A DNA stretch of 63,343 nt, counting the filler, from Choristocarpus tenellus KU-1152 (Eukaryota > Protista > Phaeophyceae), in assembly GCA_964200185.2 (NCBI GenBank). It is 12 parts of 12 records of this genome, joined end to end, with 100 filler letters (N's around TTAATTAATTAA, not from the genome) between each part and the next. Parts side by side here need not be neighbours in the genome. Positions count along the whole stretch, not along the records: positions 40,244 to 48,603 come from CAXNAD020004811.1; positions 48,704 to 56,751 come from CAXNAD020005226.1; 10 more parts are not named here. The stretch is one strand, 5' to 3'. Each line of letters opens with the position of its first letter. Positions within the stretch are counted from its first letter, which is position 1. A model generated the notes under the pieces. The model was not told where the DNA came from, did not search any database, and saw nothing but the letters and a program-made list of their open reading frames with translations. A program made the position numbers and the translations under genes. This document shows, piece by piece, positions 40,353 to 54,700 of this stretch.

Positions 40353-40991
40353 AGGAGCTAGGGAGGCCTGTATTATTGTGAAGAAATAATTAGGTTCTAG
40401 ATGTTTGAAATGTTCGGGAAATGGAGATGACGTTGTGGTAGGACGACTTCTTTATTATTGAGTTAAGGTATATTGTATTCCCTAAGTTATCATACAGCCT
40501 TCATCCTCGTATGTGTTATGGATGCAAGGTCATTGAATTCAAATTTTTATTATCTTCCGCGAGTAGTTGTAGAATGTACAGGTTGATTGGAGTAAGAGTG
40601 AAACACACCCCAGAAGTCTGACATTCACACATGGATATTCACACATGGATCAGTTTTTCACCTTACTTGCGAACAGGGGAGGCCTTGGTCTCAAGTTGTT
40701 CTATGAGGGGTAGGGACAGATAATATTATTGTACACCAAATATGCAATCTCGAAACCACCAAACTACTATCAACACTGACGCACTATGACTTGATCAGAG
40801 TCAGGAATACTGAAGGTGGAAGCAAGAGTGGATGAGCTAAGGCTAGACCACGAATACCCTCCCCTAGAACCATGAAAAAAGAAATAGGTTCAAACCAATT
40901 GAGATGTAGGCAGGGTTGCATTATAAGGATCCCTGAAAGGGCTAAAATACATTATGTTATACAATTAATTGCAGAAAGAGCCTTTGCTTTA

Positions 40992-41172
40992 GGCTCAAAG
41001 TATCTTGAGGGGTGGGTGGTGGCTGTCCATTTAGGGCCATTTTTTTCATGTCACAATTTTATGATGATTTGGTTCCATACATCGGATGGATAATGAAAGT
41101 GCACTTTTCCTGATTTTGGACCAAATGGACACCCTGGTGTAGACCCCCCACCCCCCCCAGATACTTTGAGTC
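40992..41172 (+). mobile_element. MITE subfamily A, full length
   Basis: GGCTCAAAGTATCTTGAGGGG ... CCCCCAGATACTTTGAGTC. Confidence 0.88.
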
Positions 41173-44100
41173 TCCATCATGGTGTCACTTTGTGTGTGGA
41201 AAGAAAGGGGGAATATCAATTTTGCATACACTATTGTGCATACAAAGTAGTGAAACAGAGTTTACTGCACAGGGCAAGAGAGATGGGTTAGAATGCAAAA
41301 GAGTTCAAACCTGCCTACCTCTCAATTGGTTTGGCTCTTACCTTGTGTATTGCGCAAGTTGGATGTCTGTGCACCTGTTACAAATTGCACGTTAACATGC
41401 GAGAATTTTATGCTTACGTTAAATTTGTGGTTCTCTTGTGTGGTGTCCTCCATTTAAAGCAGAACGAAAAATGAGGAACTGAATTAAGAAAAGGATCCAC
41501 TTTATCCATGTAGCTCAGGCGGTTATCCACTCGCATTCCTCCACAGATTCTGTGCCAGCTGCAGAGGCCAGATTTTCTACACATGAAGTTGACTTTGATG
41601 GACCATGTGGCAAGTATAGTCAGCGGGTACATCTGTACCATACTATTTCGAACTTGTCAGCAACTTTGTCTCTAGGTTATTAAAGTTTTCTCCCCTACAT
41701 AGTGCAACTTGTTGTTCAACCACACCTAAATAGACGTCCTGATGGGTCCGAACATGAAAGAGGCGGTCAGGTCTTTTTCCATCCATGCCAAGCACGAGTG
41801 GAAGATCCCCATGCACCTCTTTCTTCATCTTCGCACTTGCTTTCACCATATCTTGAAAGGGAGTAATTGATGTGAATGTTCAGGATGGTCATTTATAGAT
41901 TTAAATCCTTTTTGCTGAACCAGGAAATTTTGAGATATAGCTCTAATCTCTCAATGGTTTGCCCAACTGAAATGATAATATAATAATAATATACTTTTTG
42001 TTTTGAGCTCATTCGGTGGGAGTAAATTGTGTTCCTTGTAGTCAAGCAAATAGCTGCTCCACGAACGTCGAAAAGATTGGAACTGGAATACAACTGGGCC
42101 TCGTCACTATAGATCTCCAGGTACTAGAGCTATTAATAACAACATACATTTAATGTTGCCGCTCAAGTTACCATCGATATCTTATGGATATGGGGTAGAT
42201 GCTGGGTGGGTGAAATTGTTCAACAACTGCTTTGGATCCATCCAAGTGATGTGTAACTGACATTTACGCCAAATAATTCCAAATGAAAGGTGAGAAGGTA
42301 GATAATTTTCCCCCTCAAACATGGTTTTGTGTAGATTCCTCCAAGTGGAGTGGACCATCCCTTTCCTTACAAGTAGGATATATGACATTTTGCTCTCAGA
42401 GAGGCAAAGCAATAATCCAGGGCAATGATCCATCCTCAAGAAAGAAGTCGCTGATCCACATCCTTCAAACTCTCTGACTCTATGCAGTTCCTCTTGAGAC
42501 ATTTGTTGTGGCTTAAAGTAACCCACAACCAAGAGTGCGTGAGAGTTTCTACCCGCTCACTATTACATAATAAGCTGAGGCATTGCGACTTAATCACCAC
42601 AATAACCAAACTTCTCACTGTTCATTCGAAGTATCAAATTTCCTGGGATGTTATCTTTATTCACCTCGAGTTATTGAAGGTACAGGATTCTGTTTTTCCA
42701 CCATGGGCATTTTTTAAATTCTCTGTAGAGGACTACTCTTCAAAGGACTTCCTCAAATTGGTCACATGAACATTCTTGGGATACCCAGATGATTCATTTC
42801 CTTTTGTCCCATGGGGCAGCCAAGATATGCTGGCCAGCCATTTATTTTCCTCATGTGCAGACAGTACCCATAACGGGATAGGGTGATGTAACAGACAGGT
42901 CCCGTTGCGATTTGATCTCAGTCAAATCCATTCCGTGTGCACACTTCTTTGTTATTGTTGACATTGGCAGCAACATCAATCATGGAGATGTTCTGAGAAT
43001 TCCTGGATCACTTGCCTTTAACGGTGACAACTATTTGAAGCCCAATAATCGGATCCTAGTTTTAGATCAGGTTCTTCCCACAGGATTGATGGGTATGATG
43101 TTTTGGTCATTGCTGAAGCAAGTCTCCCTGTCACTGATATTTTTCGTTTTTCATCACCCCTCCAGACTGATTGGATACTGCCTTGCCTCATGATAATAGC
43201 TGAAAAAAAGAATGAAATAAATTGCTTCCGACTACTGCTAGAAATATAAGTCGAATCATGATTATATGACTACTGCCACTCACTGTGCTTCCTTCATACA
43301 GCACAGCCCTGTCAGTGAGTTGTATGGTAGAAGATATAATATATAGTACTTGGTGGTAATACTATAACGATTTACGGGGGACACTGTCTCTACACACGGG
43401 CAGTATTTGGAACAGAGTTTAGGGAAACGTTGGCGGTTTTCAAGGGAAAAATGATGTTCCCAAGCAGGCAATAAGCATTCTGCGTAACAATTGGACTAAA
43501 ACATTGGCATCTGAGTTTGCAAAAAGTATTGATACGGTATTAATCGTAGCAGAAAAAGTAACTGGATATGGGTAATGAGAATATGCAAAAATTATTCGAT
43601 GGAATGCATTCATCATGAGAAGAAAAAGAGATTGACGCAGTATTTACATATGAACTGGTGCAGTAACGGTAAAGATAGGAATGGGAATGAAGCAATGCGT
43701 TTGGTATCATTTCTACCCAGCAACTCTGACCAGATGTAGTTACTGGAGACCAGTAAGCAAGTGGTGGATGCACCAACTATAATATTCCCCATGGTATGGA
43801 AGGCCATGGCACTTGGAGAAAGATGTGCTTCACACACACCAATAATACCATTATTAGTCTCTTTCCTTTGGTCTGGCACTAGAAACCTACACCTCAACCC
43901 TAGCAAGCTCTGACCCCGTGGCCAGGGGCACTACACCACTGCACTACGACTGATAGCACTGTCCTGTGCGTGTTTTATGTTTTGCTTCTCACTTGCACAT
44001 TGGGTTCAAGTCATCCCACTGCTCGTCTCTTCACCTCCTCCCTTTAATCTTGTGCAATATTTGCCTGGACACAATGAAACCTTACCACCACGATCCACGT

Positions 44101-44205
44101 CTTTTGAGTTATTTCTTGAAAGTTCAGCAACCGACAGGAGGGCAAAGGTGTACCTTTCCAATGTACAAATGTGGCAATCGAAAACCAGATTTCCAAAAAA
44201 AGAAA

Positions 44206-44282
44206 TGCACTGTCGACCGGGTTTGAACCCACACATTCCCTTTATGGAAGATGGTAGACTACCACCGATACCTACGAGGACA
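44206..44282 (-). pseudogene. Degenerate tRNA-like sequence (tRNA pseudogene or SINE head)
   Basis: Minus strand has an A-box-like GTAGGTATCGGTGGTAG, CTTCCA, a B-box GGGTTCAAACCC, ends ..GTGCA and is followed by a T-run; stems are imperfect. Confidence 0.4.
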
Positions 44283-44929
44283 CTCTATAGAGCACTTGCA
44301 GTGTGACTATGGATTGCGCCATCTCTGTTCGGGTACACTCTTATCTTTTGCAACCTGCGATAGAACCATCACGCCTCAACATCACAACACACTGCAAAAC
44401 CAACTAAAGTGTCTTCTTCATGGAAACCATGAGAACCAATTTCAAGGCAAAAGCGGTGCTTACCACCTAGCGTACATCATTCCATCAACAGGTTGATGAA
44501 TAAAAGGACACCCTTCCTCAATCTGACACCTACAGCAACAAAACAACACTCGAGGGCAACTCATAAACTTCACTATTGTGCCACCCTTGCAGCTGCAGAA
44601 CACTCCAATACAAGCAAGGGGGTGGGTGACTCACAGCAAGGGAACAGGCCAAGCCCTCTCTTGAGACCTCACAAACCATCACACCAATTTTCTACTTTTA
44701 AGGGGATAGGCAACCCCCACAACCATCTAGAGCAAGTGAGTCACTTCCCTCTTATCTCACAGCTACTTTTTTTACTAATAATATGAACCCAATTCTTCAC
44801 AATGGTACTAGCGCTACTAGACTGGCTCTAAAGGACTGACCAACCAGGTTACTCTCGCCAACGCCAATACCCAGACTGGAAGGCAAACCCCTGGGTCGGA
44901 GCACAGGTTAGATGGATGTCAGAATATGA

Positions 44930-47900
44930 TCAGTACTCATGCACACGGATTGATACATCCAACCCATCTCTCTGCATCGAGGATCGTGTGAATCTTCTTT
45001 TTCGCTGTTGAAAAGACGGGGGGGGGGGGGGGGGAGGAAGGCAGTGGATGGGGATCAGAGTTTCAGAGTGGGGGACAGGGAGCGACACATCAGAAAATCA
45101 CTCAGTTGAATGCATCTCCCAGGAAAGTGGTCAAATGTGGAAAAAACTCATTTTCTCAACAAGTGATTGATTGTTTGTGTAGTCATAGCAACAGAGAGAG
45201 AGAGAGAGAGCGGTTCAACTCACCATCTCCCCTCCCTTTTACTTACTTCAACATCATTTACAACACCTTTTCATGGATTAGATTAGCCACACATATCTCG
45301 AATTCCATATCCAGTGGCAGCAGTCTAAGTGTAATGTATTAACAATGCTTGTTTACACACTCCAGATCTGACAGCAGCAGTCTATAACATACGATCACTA
45401 CTTTAAACCCTTCACGAAATAAGACTATTATTAAAAAAATATATAATTCAGGAATCCAAATTCCGCATGCTGGAAAACCTTACTATACACCACAACATGG
45501 ACACAGGAGTTCGTGCCTTCTTAAGCCGACCTACTTTTTATGAGGATATCAAGTATTACCAACGCAAAAGACTGACTCATTTTTCTGGGAAAACGTCCTC
45601 GAAAAGACTCCGTAAATGCACACAATTTTGTATCAACTACAACCTTGTTCTGAACGGTCTTAACTCCCCTATCACACAGTAGTTCACAAATGACCTACAG
45701 CCGATTCACCTTCTGTATCATGTACACACAGGGGGTTCTTTCCTCTTCCCTATCCTCTTCATCACTGCCAGCCCCACAATGTGCATCCACCGACCACATG
45801 CTCTCAGAGGCTGGAGTGGAGTCCCTAAGCCCCACAAGCAAAGCCTCAGATAGGAGTTCCATACCTTCGGCGGTGTCTGGGCTCACATGAGAAACGACCA
45901 TGAACCATCCGTCCCAGGCTAGCACACGACCAGCTTCACAGCATATCAACCTTCATTTGGAATGCGTGGTGTTTAATGGTTGAGATGGAGGGAGAAGGTG
46001 ACATGATGCCACAGCACTACTGTTCAGCACCGCCTAGTTGACCTTAGTGTACTCTACTCTCACATTATGCTAATATCTACACATACACCCAAATCCACCT
46101 TGATTTCAGCACCTTGCCTGTCGTCATTCCCCCCCGAAAAAACAAGCAAATGGGGAGGGAGGTAATGTTCAGGACGATTTGTGAGAAAATTGCAGGTCTA
46201 GATATTCTGCGCAACATTGGGGCACCTGGCATTATCCTTGCCCTCTTCACTGCACAGCATGGCATCGATAGTTCCCTTGTCCACCACAAGGTCAAAGGAA
46301 TTGGCTTCAAACTCAACTTCTCGTGCGTCCATCACCTGATGTTAGAACAACAACGGCATTGAACAACACCATGTAGCACAGGTGGCCAGTGGTCAGAATC
46401 GTCTGGTCACATAAAAGCCCCGCAAATATATATATATAATAAATAATCGCCTGCCAATATTTACCAAGTGTAATCCAAATGGAGGACGACGTAACCTTAG
46501 CCCATGATGAGGAATCAATACAAGGCTTTTCCTTACAGTGTGGGTTACACGGGACACGTCTCGAGGGGGTTTAGGTTAGATTCATGGGTGCAGGGTCACC
46601 AGTGGGGACTCAATTTCTCACACGATAGTCGCATTACAAACTAATGCTTCCACCCTAAATACATGCTGAAAAAAATGATGCACAATAGTGCTCTCAAACA
46701 TGCTCGACACACACAGTGTTGTTCTAACATTAGGTACACTTTCATACAGTTTCTGAGGTAATGCAAAGAGTTATGGTTGACCATTTGCTCTTATTCGCGA
46801 AAAAAAAAAAAATCCAAGTAAACTGTAACAAATGGGTTTGAAGAAGAGCATGGTCAAACCTTTACCATGAACTCTGTATCTGTGTCGTCCCTCTTCTCCA
46901 TGCAATCCTTCTTCTCCTTGTCTAGCTGTGAGATCACACTTGGGGCGAAGTCAAAACTGGTCGGCAAGTACAATCAAGGGGCAGCGTGGAGTGGACTACT
47001 TTTTATCGATAAAGACTGGGATGGTGGTGCAAGGTGTATAGACCCACACTTGCAATAACTGTTAAAGCACCATGGTCACATTTCAAGCTGAAATTCTTGT
47101 ACCAGGAGAATTGCCCCTTTTTGGTTCAATATGGGAGGATGGATTTGGTTTGTAAATGTTCTTTGTGCTCTAAAAACACAAAGAAATGACAGAGGAAGGG
47201 CTAGCTGGCCATCCCAACACGAATGGGTCAGCAGAAATAACGATCATCTTTGGCGACTACTTAAATGATTGGGAATTCAGACCATGCGAAATGCTTTGAG
47301 GACAAATGCATCACGTAAGTGAAGCTGTAGGGTTCACCAAAGTTTCGTATTTGATATTACCTCAGTGGTACCACGGTCTTTGTTCTTTGGTTCACTTTGG
47401 AATTCGACCAATAATGTACGATGTCGCACTACTTTTTGCTGGCTTTTTACCCTAACCATGAATTGAAGAAATCAGTACAAGCGTATCTAATTTTGAGGGT
47501 GAATCCCACGCAGAACAGACCACGACCACGCTCATATGCCAAACCATCACAAACGCACATACTCTGCAAAAACCTTTGTGCGTACACGTTTCACACACCA
47601 ATTTCCTCACGGCAATAGAAGGCTGGTATACGTAAATGCTCCTAGGACGATTGCAACGTTTTTTGGTCTGTTCTATCACAGCAACCACACTTGCAAACCT
47701 TGCCCTGACATTGTTACCTGCATATTTTCCCAGTGTAGCCGTCTGCTCGGAGATCCCACGCCAAAGGTTTGTCACCACAACCCACCTCGAGTACGCGGGC
47801 GGTCTTCAGCGCGAGGGAGAGGATTAGGGCGGGGGAAAAGACAATAGAGGAGTGATTATCAAATTATATTAACACGCCGGAGGTAGCGTTAAATCACCCA

Positions 47901-48107
47901 ACCTTTAATCTCTTGACAACTTGCCTTAGGTACAAATCGTTCGAAGAGAGGTTGCAGCTGCTGGAAACCGAAGTACCACTCCCACGAAACACCTTCACGG
48001 TATCGCTGCTCCCAATATGACGAAGACGAGTAATCGTCTTGCTCGTTTGGTGAGAGGGTGGCCTTTGTAGCATCCTTTCTGGAACGCTTCTTTGCCCATT
48101 TTGGCAT
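44930..48107 (-). CDS. Class I SAM-dependent methyltransferase, EEF1AKMT4/METTL13-N-like, complete 6-exon gene
   Basis: Exons 48107-47925 (DYSSSSYWEQRY..WEWYFGF), 47803-47718 (RVLEVGCGD, motif I), 46956-46866 (FDFAPSVI), 46335-46226 (MDAR..FEANSFDLVVDKGTIDAM), 45950-45710 (RVLAWDGWFMVVS), 45004-44930 (stop). All phases are consistent; intron 1 has a GC donor. Confidence 0.9.
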
Positions 48108-50095
48108 TGATTAGTGTCACTTACAACGCATTTATTGCATAAACCAATTCAATCTTGGGGTGACTATGGAGTCAGAGTCTTAGGGTTAGATGCCCTCCGT
48201 GAAGTACAAAGCCAAATCCTGGTGATCACAGTCTACGATCCTCCTCGACCCTGTAAGTACTTCTATAGGACAGGATTCTAGGTGGGACTCTGTTTTGTTT
48301 GTAAAAAAGGAAAGTTTGAGGTTCGGAGAAAGTACGAGGTTCAAACAGAACCCCAAACGACTGGAACATATTCTTGGTCTACAACGTTTTATACATTTCA
48401 AAGTCGTCTACAAGGGGGAAACCAATTAAAACTATATATATGTCGTTGTTAGCCCTAAAGAAATAAAATGTCCTAAACATAAGAACAATATAAAACATTG
48501 TAAGTTTGGAAACCACTGATCTATCAGTTACTTCACCACAATCGAATATTGTACTACTTTCTTCCTTATCTTCCCATCTACCTACTCCTGTGCCCCCGGG
48601 GGGNNNNNNNNNNNNNNNNNNNNNNNNNNNNNNNNNNNNNNNNNNNNTTAATTAATTAANNNNNNNNNNNNNNNNNNNNNNNNNNNNNNNNNNNNNNNNN
48701 NNNCTTTCCTACCATATCCTCCCACTCCTCTCCCTCCTACCATGTGGGTAGCCAGTCGTACTTGAAAGCTAGCTATACTACATTACTCCCATTAAAGGTT
48801 GGTAACTACAATGCAATGTGTACGCTGCTGCTATGCCTCTCACCTGGTTTAACTCTGCAAAGGTGGGCGAGAAGCTAGGGAAGCATCCCAAGAATCTGAC
48901 TGGCCCCTTCTTGCCCATCTGCTCTGTGTCTCTAGCATGAAACACATGACATATCTCGAGATAACTACTTGTGCAGTGACATACACTATCCGTCTCAAAT
49001 GGGACTTGGCAGCCCCTTTCCTACCGCTTCATCCCACTCCTCTCACTTCTACTGCATGTGTGGCCAATTCATCTAAGATTTTTTTTCCTGCTTTCCACGA
49101 TGCCCCAAACTTTCCACTGTGAAGGTGTTGAGGTCAAAACTATGATGGTAAAAAGAATGCTCGTAGTGGGTGAGCTTTTTCGCCTCACCTACAGCAGCAG
49201 CTACACCATTGCTGGTGGACGAGTGGGGCAGATGGGGGCCTGCTTGCACTTCTGCAAAGGCAATATCCAGAAGGAGGTTGTCAAGTCAGCATCTGCAAAT
49301 AACCTAGCATGGGACACCACATCCATGTGGAAGTTCCAGTCCATTGTGAACGGGCTACCATCCCCCATTGTGCAAGGGATACCCGTTCCCTTGCAGAGTT
49401 GTCCTAGACCCTTTGCCATGAGCATATGCTGACGCACCTGTCCTCCTGCCTTAGGGCAGATATGAGCATGTTGGGCATCGACATTATGCGTTTGAGACAG
49501 ATAATGTCCGTCACTACACAAGTGGCACTCTTGAGACATGTCATTCGTTTCAAGGTAGAGACACCAGGTAAATGGGCAAAAAGGGGCCCGTCATATTCTT
49601 GGGCTGCTTCCCTACCTCCTTGCCTAACTTTGTCGGGCTAAGCTAGGTTAGGGGCACACAATTGTACACATACATGGTATTACATTTACCAACCTTTAAG
49701 GGAGAGTATTGTCGTAGAGATAGTTTTCAAATGGTAGGTAGTTTTTCGAGAAATCTCTGTTACAATAGCGACAACTGTTATTTTTTCAGTGGTTCTTGTG
49801 GTATGGGTTTGACTTTTCGATTGATCCGTCTGCAAATGTCTAATAGTATTGTAGTTGGCAAAGTTTCTTCATTGGTCATACCATGTCAGACTTGAATCGA
49901 TAATCCAGTCCTAAACACCGAAAAATATTGATATTGATTGGAGAATAATAACATGTAACAAAAAATGGAGAAAAAGCAGAGAGATACCCTAAGAGGGCAT
50001 AATAAAATATATCAACTCGAGAAAAAAAAAGGATCAAGAAGAGAGTAACCAAAACCGAGACTTCTCCCAGTCAATTTGCAACCGCACACAAACAG

Positions 50096-50131
<36 letters not shown>

Positions 50132-51707
50132 TTACATATCGGTGATTGCCACTGCGGGTAATGTGGAGTCGGATGGATTGCATTCAAACCCACTCGTCTA
50201 CAGATTTCCTTTCAGGGAAATCTGGTGTTGAGGATCTATCATAGATGGATGCGGTCTTCACTATGGATGAAAGCCTATTACCTGCTGTAGGAACCTACAT
50301 AACTACAGTTCAATAGTATTAAAATAGTACATTATTTATGTCCACTTACACTTTTTCCTGATGTTGGGCTGAGGGAGAACAATAAACTGTCCTTGCCGTT
50401 ACCATATGACAGAAAGGCGGGAAAACTGAAACAAGGTGACGAGAATGGTGAAGTTTGGAGAGAGGGAACGGAGGGAAGACAGATGGTAAGATTTAACCCA
50501 AGCAACACATGTATGTGGGGGTATTGAAATTACCACACATACGTTAGGTTACACCATCGGTATATTGGTAAACGATGAATATTTAAATATTATATATTCA
50601 GTATGCCTTCCTTACCTACACTAAATATTATATGTACTCACTCAAACTAGGAGTTCAGGAGTTGTATTTCCTTGTTCAACGCCATTGATGTGGAAAAGTA
50701 AGAACCTAGTTTTGCTTTGGTCCGCACAAAATAAGAAAAATATCTTATCCACGCGGAAAAACTCAACTCCAAGAACATCAAGATTTGAGATTGTACAACA
50801 AGTGGTCTGCAAATTTGGAAGGGTTCATGACTGATGGTTGATGGTTTCCTCCTTACTCTCCACCTGTTACTGGATGACTGTTGGAATGGAAAATTCGAAG
50901 TCTGTATGGAGTTCTTACGACAATACACCGAGAACCAAAATTAAAAACCATCATTCATTTTCTCTAGATAGGATGTTTTTTTATTTTTGAGGCCCCTTAA
51001 TGAATGGAAGTTATGCCCTCTAGGTTCCATGGGTTATTTTCTAGGTGATTATTGGCAAAAGTATTGGTTCTACGCGGATAAAAATACGGCCCCCAAGTTG
51101 TGTGACGATTCTTTATAGATTAGACATTCAGGAGCCGAAACTTGTGTGTCACTGATCACTTTATGATCCGATTCTCTCTTCCCGTCCATTTGAGTGGCTC
51201 TTCCACGAAATAATGGTGCCATTGTCCCATTGAACCACCAACATACACAATCAGATCAAGACTGAAAAACAGGGATAGGTGTGGCACCGCATCCAGAAGG
51301 AGGTCCGTGGGTACTTTCCTCCCACTGGTCAAGGAGAACCGAACGCACGGACTGTATCTTTAAGCCCTTGGTGTGTACTATTCTCCTTTCGGGGAGTGGA
51401 GATCGAGGAGGTTAATTAAGGTGGGTGTTCACGTTGTTTCTGATGTGTGTCTTTGACCTCAAATAGACATCTTTTCTCCTAATCTGTCGCCCCGGAAGTC
51501 GCGGGTTTAGACACAACTAGTGCAAGGTTTTCTCATAGCCTCTATTCGTTTACCCAAGATCTCTTTTTCGTTCACTTATCGTGGTGTTGATATCCCATCT
51601 CTGTTGTCCAACCTTCGGCGATTCTTTGGTTGCTACCGGTTATTGGACTGTCAGCAGTTTTGGGTTTGTGCCTCCAGGAGCAGCAAACCGTAGGGGTAGT
51701 TTCCATC

Positions 51708-54700
51708 ATGAGCTACACGGGTGGAGGGGTGTCCCGTGGACCGCCGCCCGGGACCAATGCTCCCCCTCCTTTGTCGAAGCGAGTGCCGGCTGGAGGTCCT
51801 GGACCAGGCATTTCTACCCAACTTCGTCACCCCCCTGCCCCTCAGCAAGCTGTTGTTGTGCAAAAGGTGAGACATGGATAGCGAACAAACACACGCTGGG
51901 CAGTGATATTCCGAGGAGAGAAATAGATTACCCCTCAAAACGTTTCGTTCATCCTACCGTGTTTGAGAGGTTGGTCGATGGACCCTGGCTCAAACCCCAC
52001 ATCTTTGTTCTTGCTTATGTCCAACAATGTCAGGCTGGGCATCTGGCCTCCCCTCAGCAGACAAAGTCCATGGCAGCATTTAGGAGTCTAGAGCTGTGCG
52101 AACTTCTCAAGTGTGAGATCGAACACCTCAGTGCAGATATCAGGTGCTCTTCATACCACCTTGATGCGTTTGTTGGCATCAAGCAGAGTGACCAACAGTC
52201 AACCTAAGCCAGACTTCGTTTCTCGAACCAGCTGCGACTGATCTCAACAAACACCTATGCGTAGGTGCACCCCACTCCGGCTTTGTACGGTATTACTTCC
52301 TATGTTATCGCTTAGCCTTCCGTCTTGGCTCAGCACTCAGTGGTACACTAAGGGTGATCTTCTGCATTGTTTCCGTGGATTGTGAACGTGTTAACCTTTG
52401 CAATTTCAATTACCTGGGTTAGAGTACTATCCCTCCTCGTTCCTCCCCAGTGTAGACGTTTTCATCCCTTGCTGGGGCGTTCGGGTTATCGTTGTGGTTG
52501 ACGTCGTAAGATGTTCGCTTTCCTTTATTTTGCAGTGAAAATTCCTTGGCATTGATTGCGCAGTCCCCATGCCTGTGTATGCCTTGCCTTCTTGTGCTTA
52601 CTAGGACTACTTCAGCAATTTCCCCGACTGACTTCCCTTGTGCATGACTCGCTTCTAATGTTGGTCATGGTCTTCTTTCACTATGTGCACAACACTGTTA
52701 CGGATGAAACCCCCTACAAACGAACTTTGTACGAGAGCAGTGCTCACCAAGCGGAACGGGAAGAGTACGAAAAGAAGTTCCGCCAGCAGGTCTGTGTATG
52801 GGATTATTGAGGGATGGGAACGAGGGTGTAGATAAACTTGTTGCATGGGTTCTCTTGTGGTGTGTGGGTTGGTTAATGATGGCCAATACCTTGGACCTTA
52901 CGACTGAAGGACGATTTGGTACTCCCTTGCAAGAACCAGATTATCCTCTAGCATTATTGAGATTTCGTTCTTTTCTCTCTTTTACTTTCCTTTTTAACTG
53001 ATCCATCACTTTTGAGGGCAGTCACGCTTGTGTGATATCCCTCTGTTGCTGTGGTCATGTACTCACCATGTACCCACAAGACTCAAGAAAAAGAGTAGTT
53101 TCGGGTTCCACTTACAACAAAAATAAGGTGAAATTGCTTATCATAGGTTGGTTTTCTTGGGATATTTCGTGTGCACCAGTTCACTTTTGACATAGCCTGT
53201 GACATTGCATGGACTGACCGTAATCTTGTTATGCTGTATTCGTAACCCTTGTGTATTCTCCTAAATAACCCTAACCATATTTTGGCTTGCAGTTGGCAGA
53301 GATGGATCGTATCCAGCACATGCTGAAACAGCTTCAGGAAGCGCACATACTCAACAAGCAGACTTACGAAGATGAAATCATTTTGCTGAGACGGCAGCTG
53401 GATTCGCATCATTCGCAACACCCACAATCTCAATCTCAAGGAGGAGGGTCTCCTAGTGGCACAGGGGTGAGTGTCTTACCCTGGATGAAATTGATTGCAT
53501 TTTTTTATTGCCTTGATAGCATATATGTGTTGCTTGTGGTTGGAAACAACGTTGATACAGGGGATGAGAGGTGTGAGAGTCGACTTTTCATTTTAAGATA
53601 TTGGTATTCTTCCCGAAGAGGCTGATGTCTATGTGAATGGATTCTCTGATTTGATACCTTCCTTTTGTCCTTATGTCTCTCCTTCCCTTGCATGATTGTC
53701 CCTACCCTCCCGAAATTTTTGTGCACACCGTGAGACAAGAGAGGCAGGTGACTCTTCATGTGGCAAGAATGTGTCACCCCACATGCCCGCTTCTGTTCCA
53801 TTGGCTTGCACTTCGCCTACAAGTAGTGATTCCAAGATTGATGATACTATTTATGCCCACAGAGCTAGGGCTACGCTATTGTTACACTGCATACATGGAT
53901 ACCTTGTTCATGTACCACTCGATTGTATTAATGTTCGATCCTAACCCTAACCTTTTTACTCTATGACCTTAACCCTTTTTGCAGGGCAACAGTGGCAGCT
54001 CAGGGTCTGGTAATAGTTTGGGGGGCATTGGATCTGGAGGACAGAGCAAACCCCACAGCGTTCCTCAAGGAGGTAGCGGCAGTGTGCTAGCATCGCTGGG
54101 TATGGACAACAGGCCAGAGAGACTGTCTCCTCCTCTCCAGCAGCCTCACAGTTCCAGTCACTCCCACTCAAATGATCGCAGTCAGAGTGGTAACAGCTTT
54201 GCCAGTGTGAGTCAGGGACAGGCGATTGACCCCCCCATGGCGATGCATTCGGCATCTCCAATGTCTGCAGGGGGCGCTCTACCGGCCCCGCTCTCCATGA
54301 CCTTGATGATGTCAATGACATCTAATATGCCTGGGCGTATGACACGGCGAGGGCCATCCCCAGTGGGAGGTGGAAATTTCATGGAGTATAGTCGGGGACA
54401 GTCGGGTTCAAATGGGCAGCCGGGGCAAGGGGGGGATCAGGTCCCGGTGCAGTCTGTTCAGCACCCGGTGGAACCAGTCTCGAAGCGTCCCAGGTGATTC
54501 AATGTTTTGCAATGCGTTGATATGTACGGTAGAAGGTTCCTTTCACTCAAGGACACTTCCTTGTATTTCTGAGAAAGAGGTCTCATGTATTTTTTGTTGG
54601 TGTTGCATTTTTTTTTGTCTTAAAATTGATTTTATTTTCCTCTTTTTTTGACAAAGTTAGTGTGTGTACATTTGCCGTTACTTAAAAAAACTATTACATG

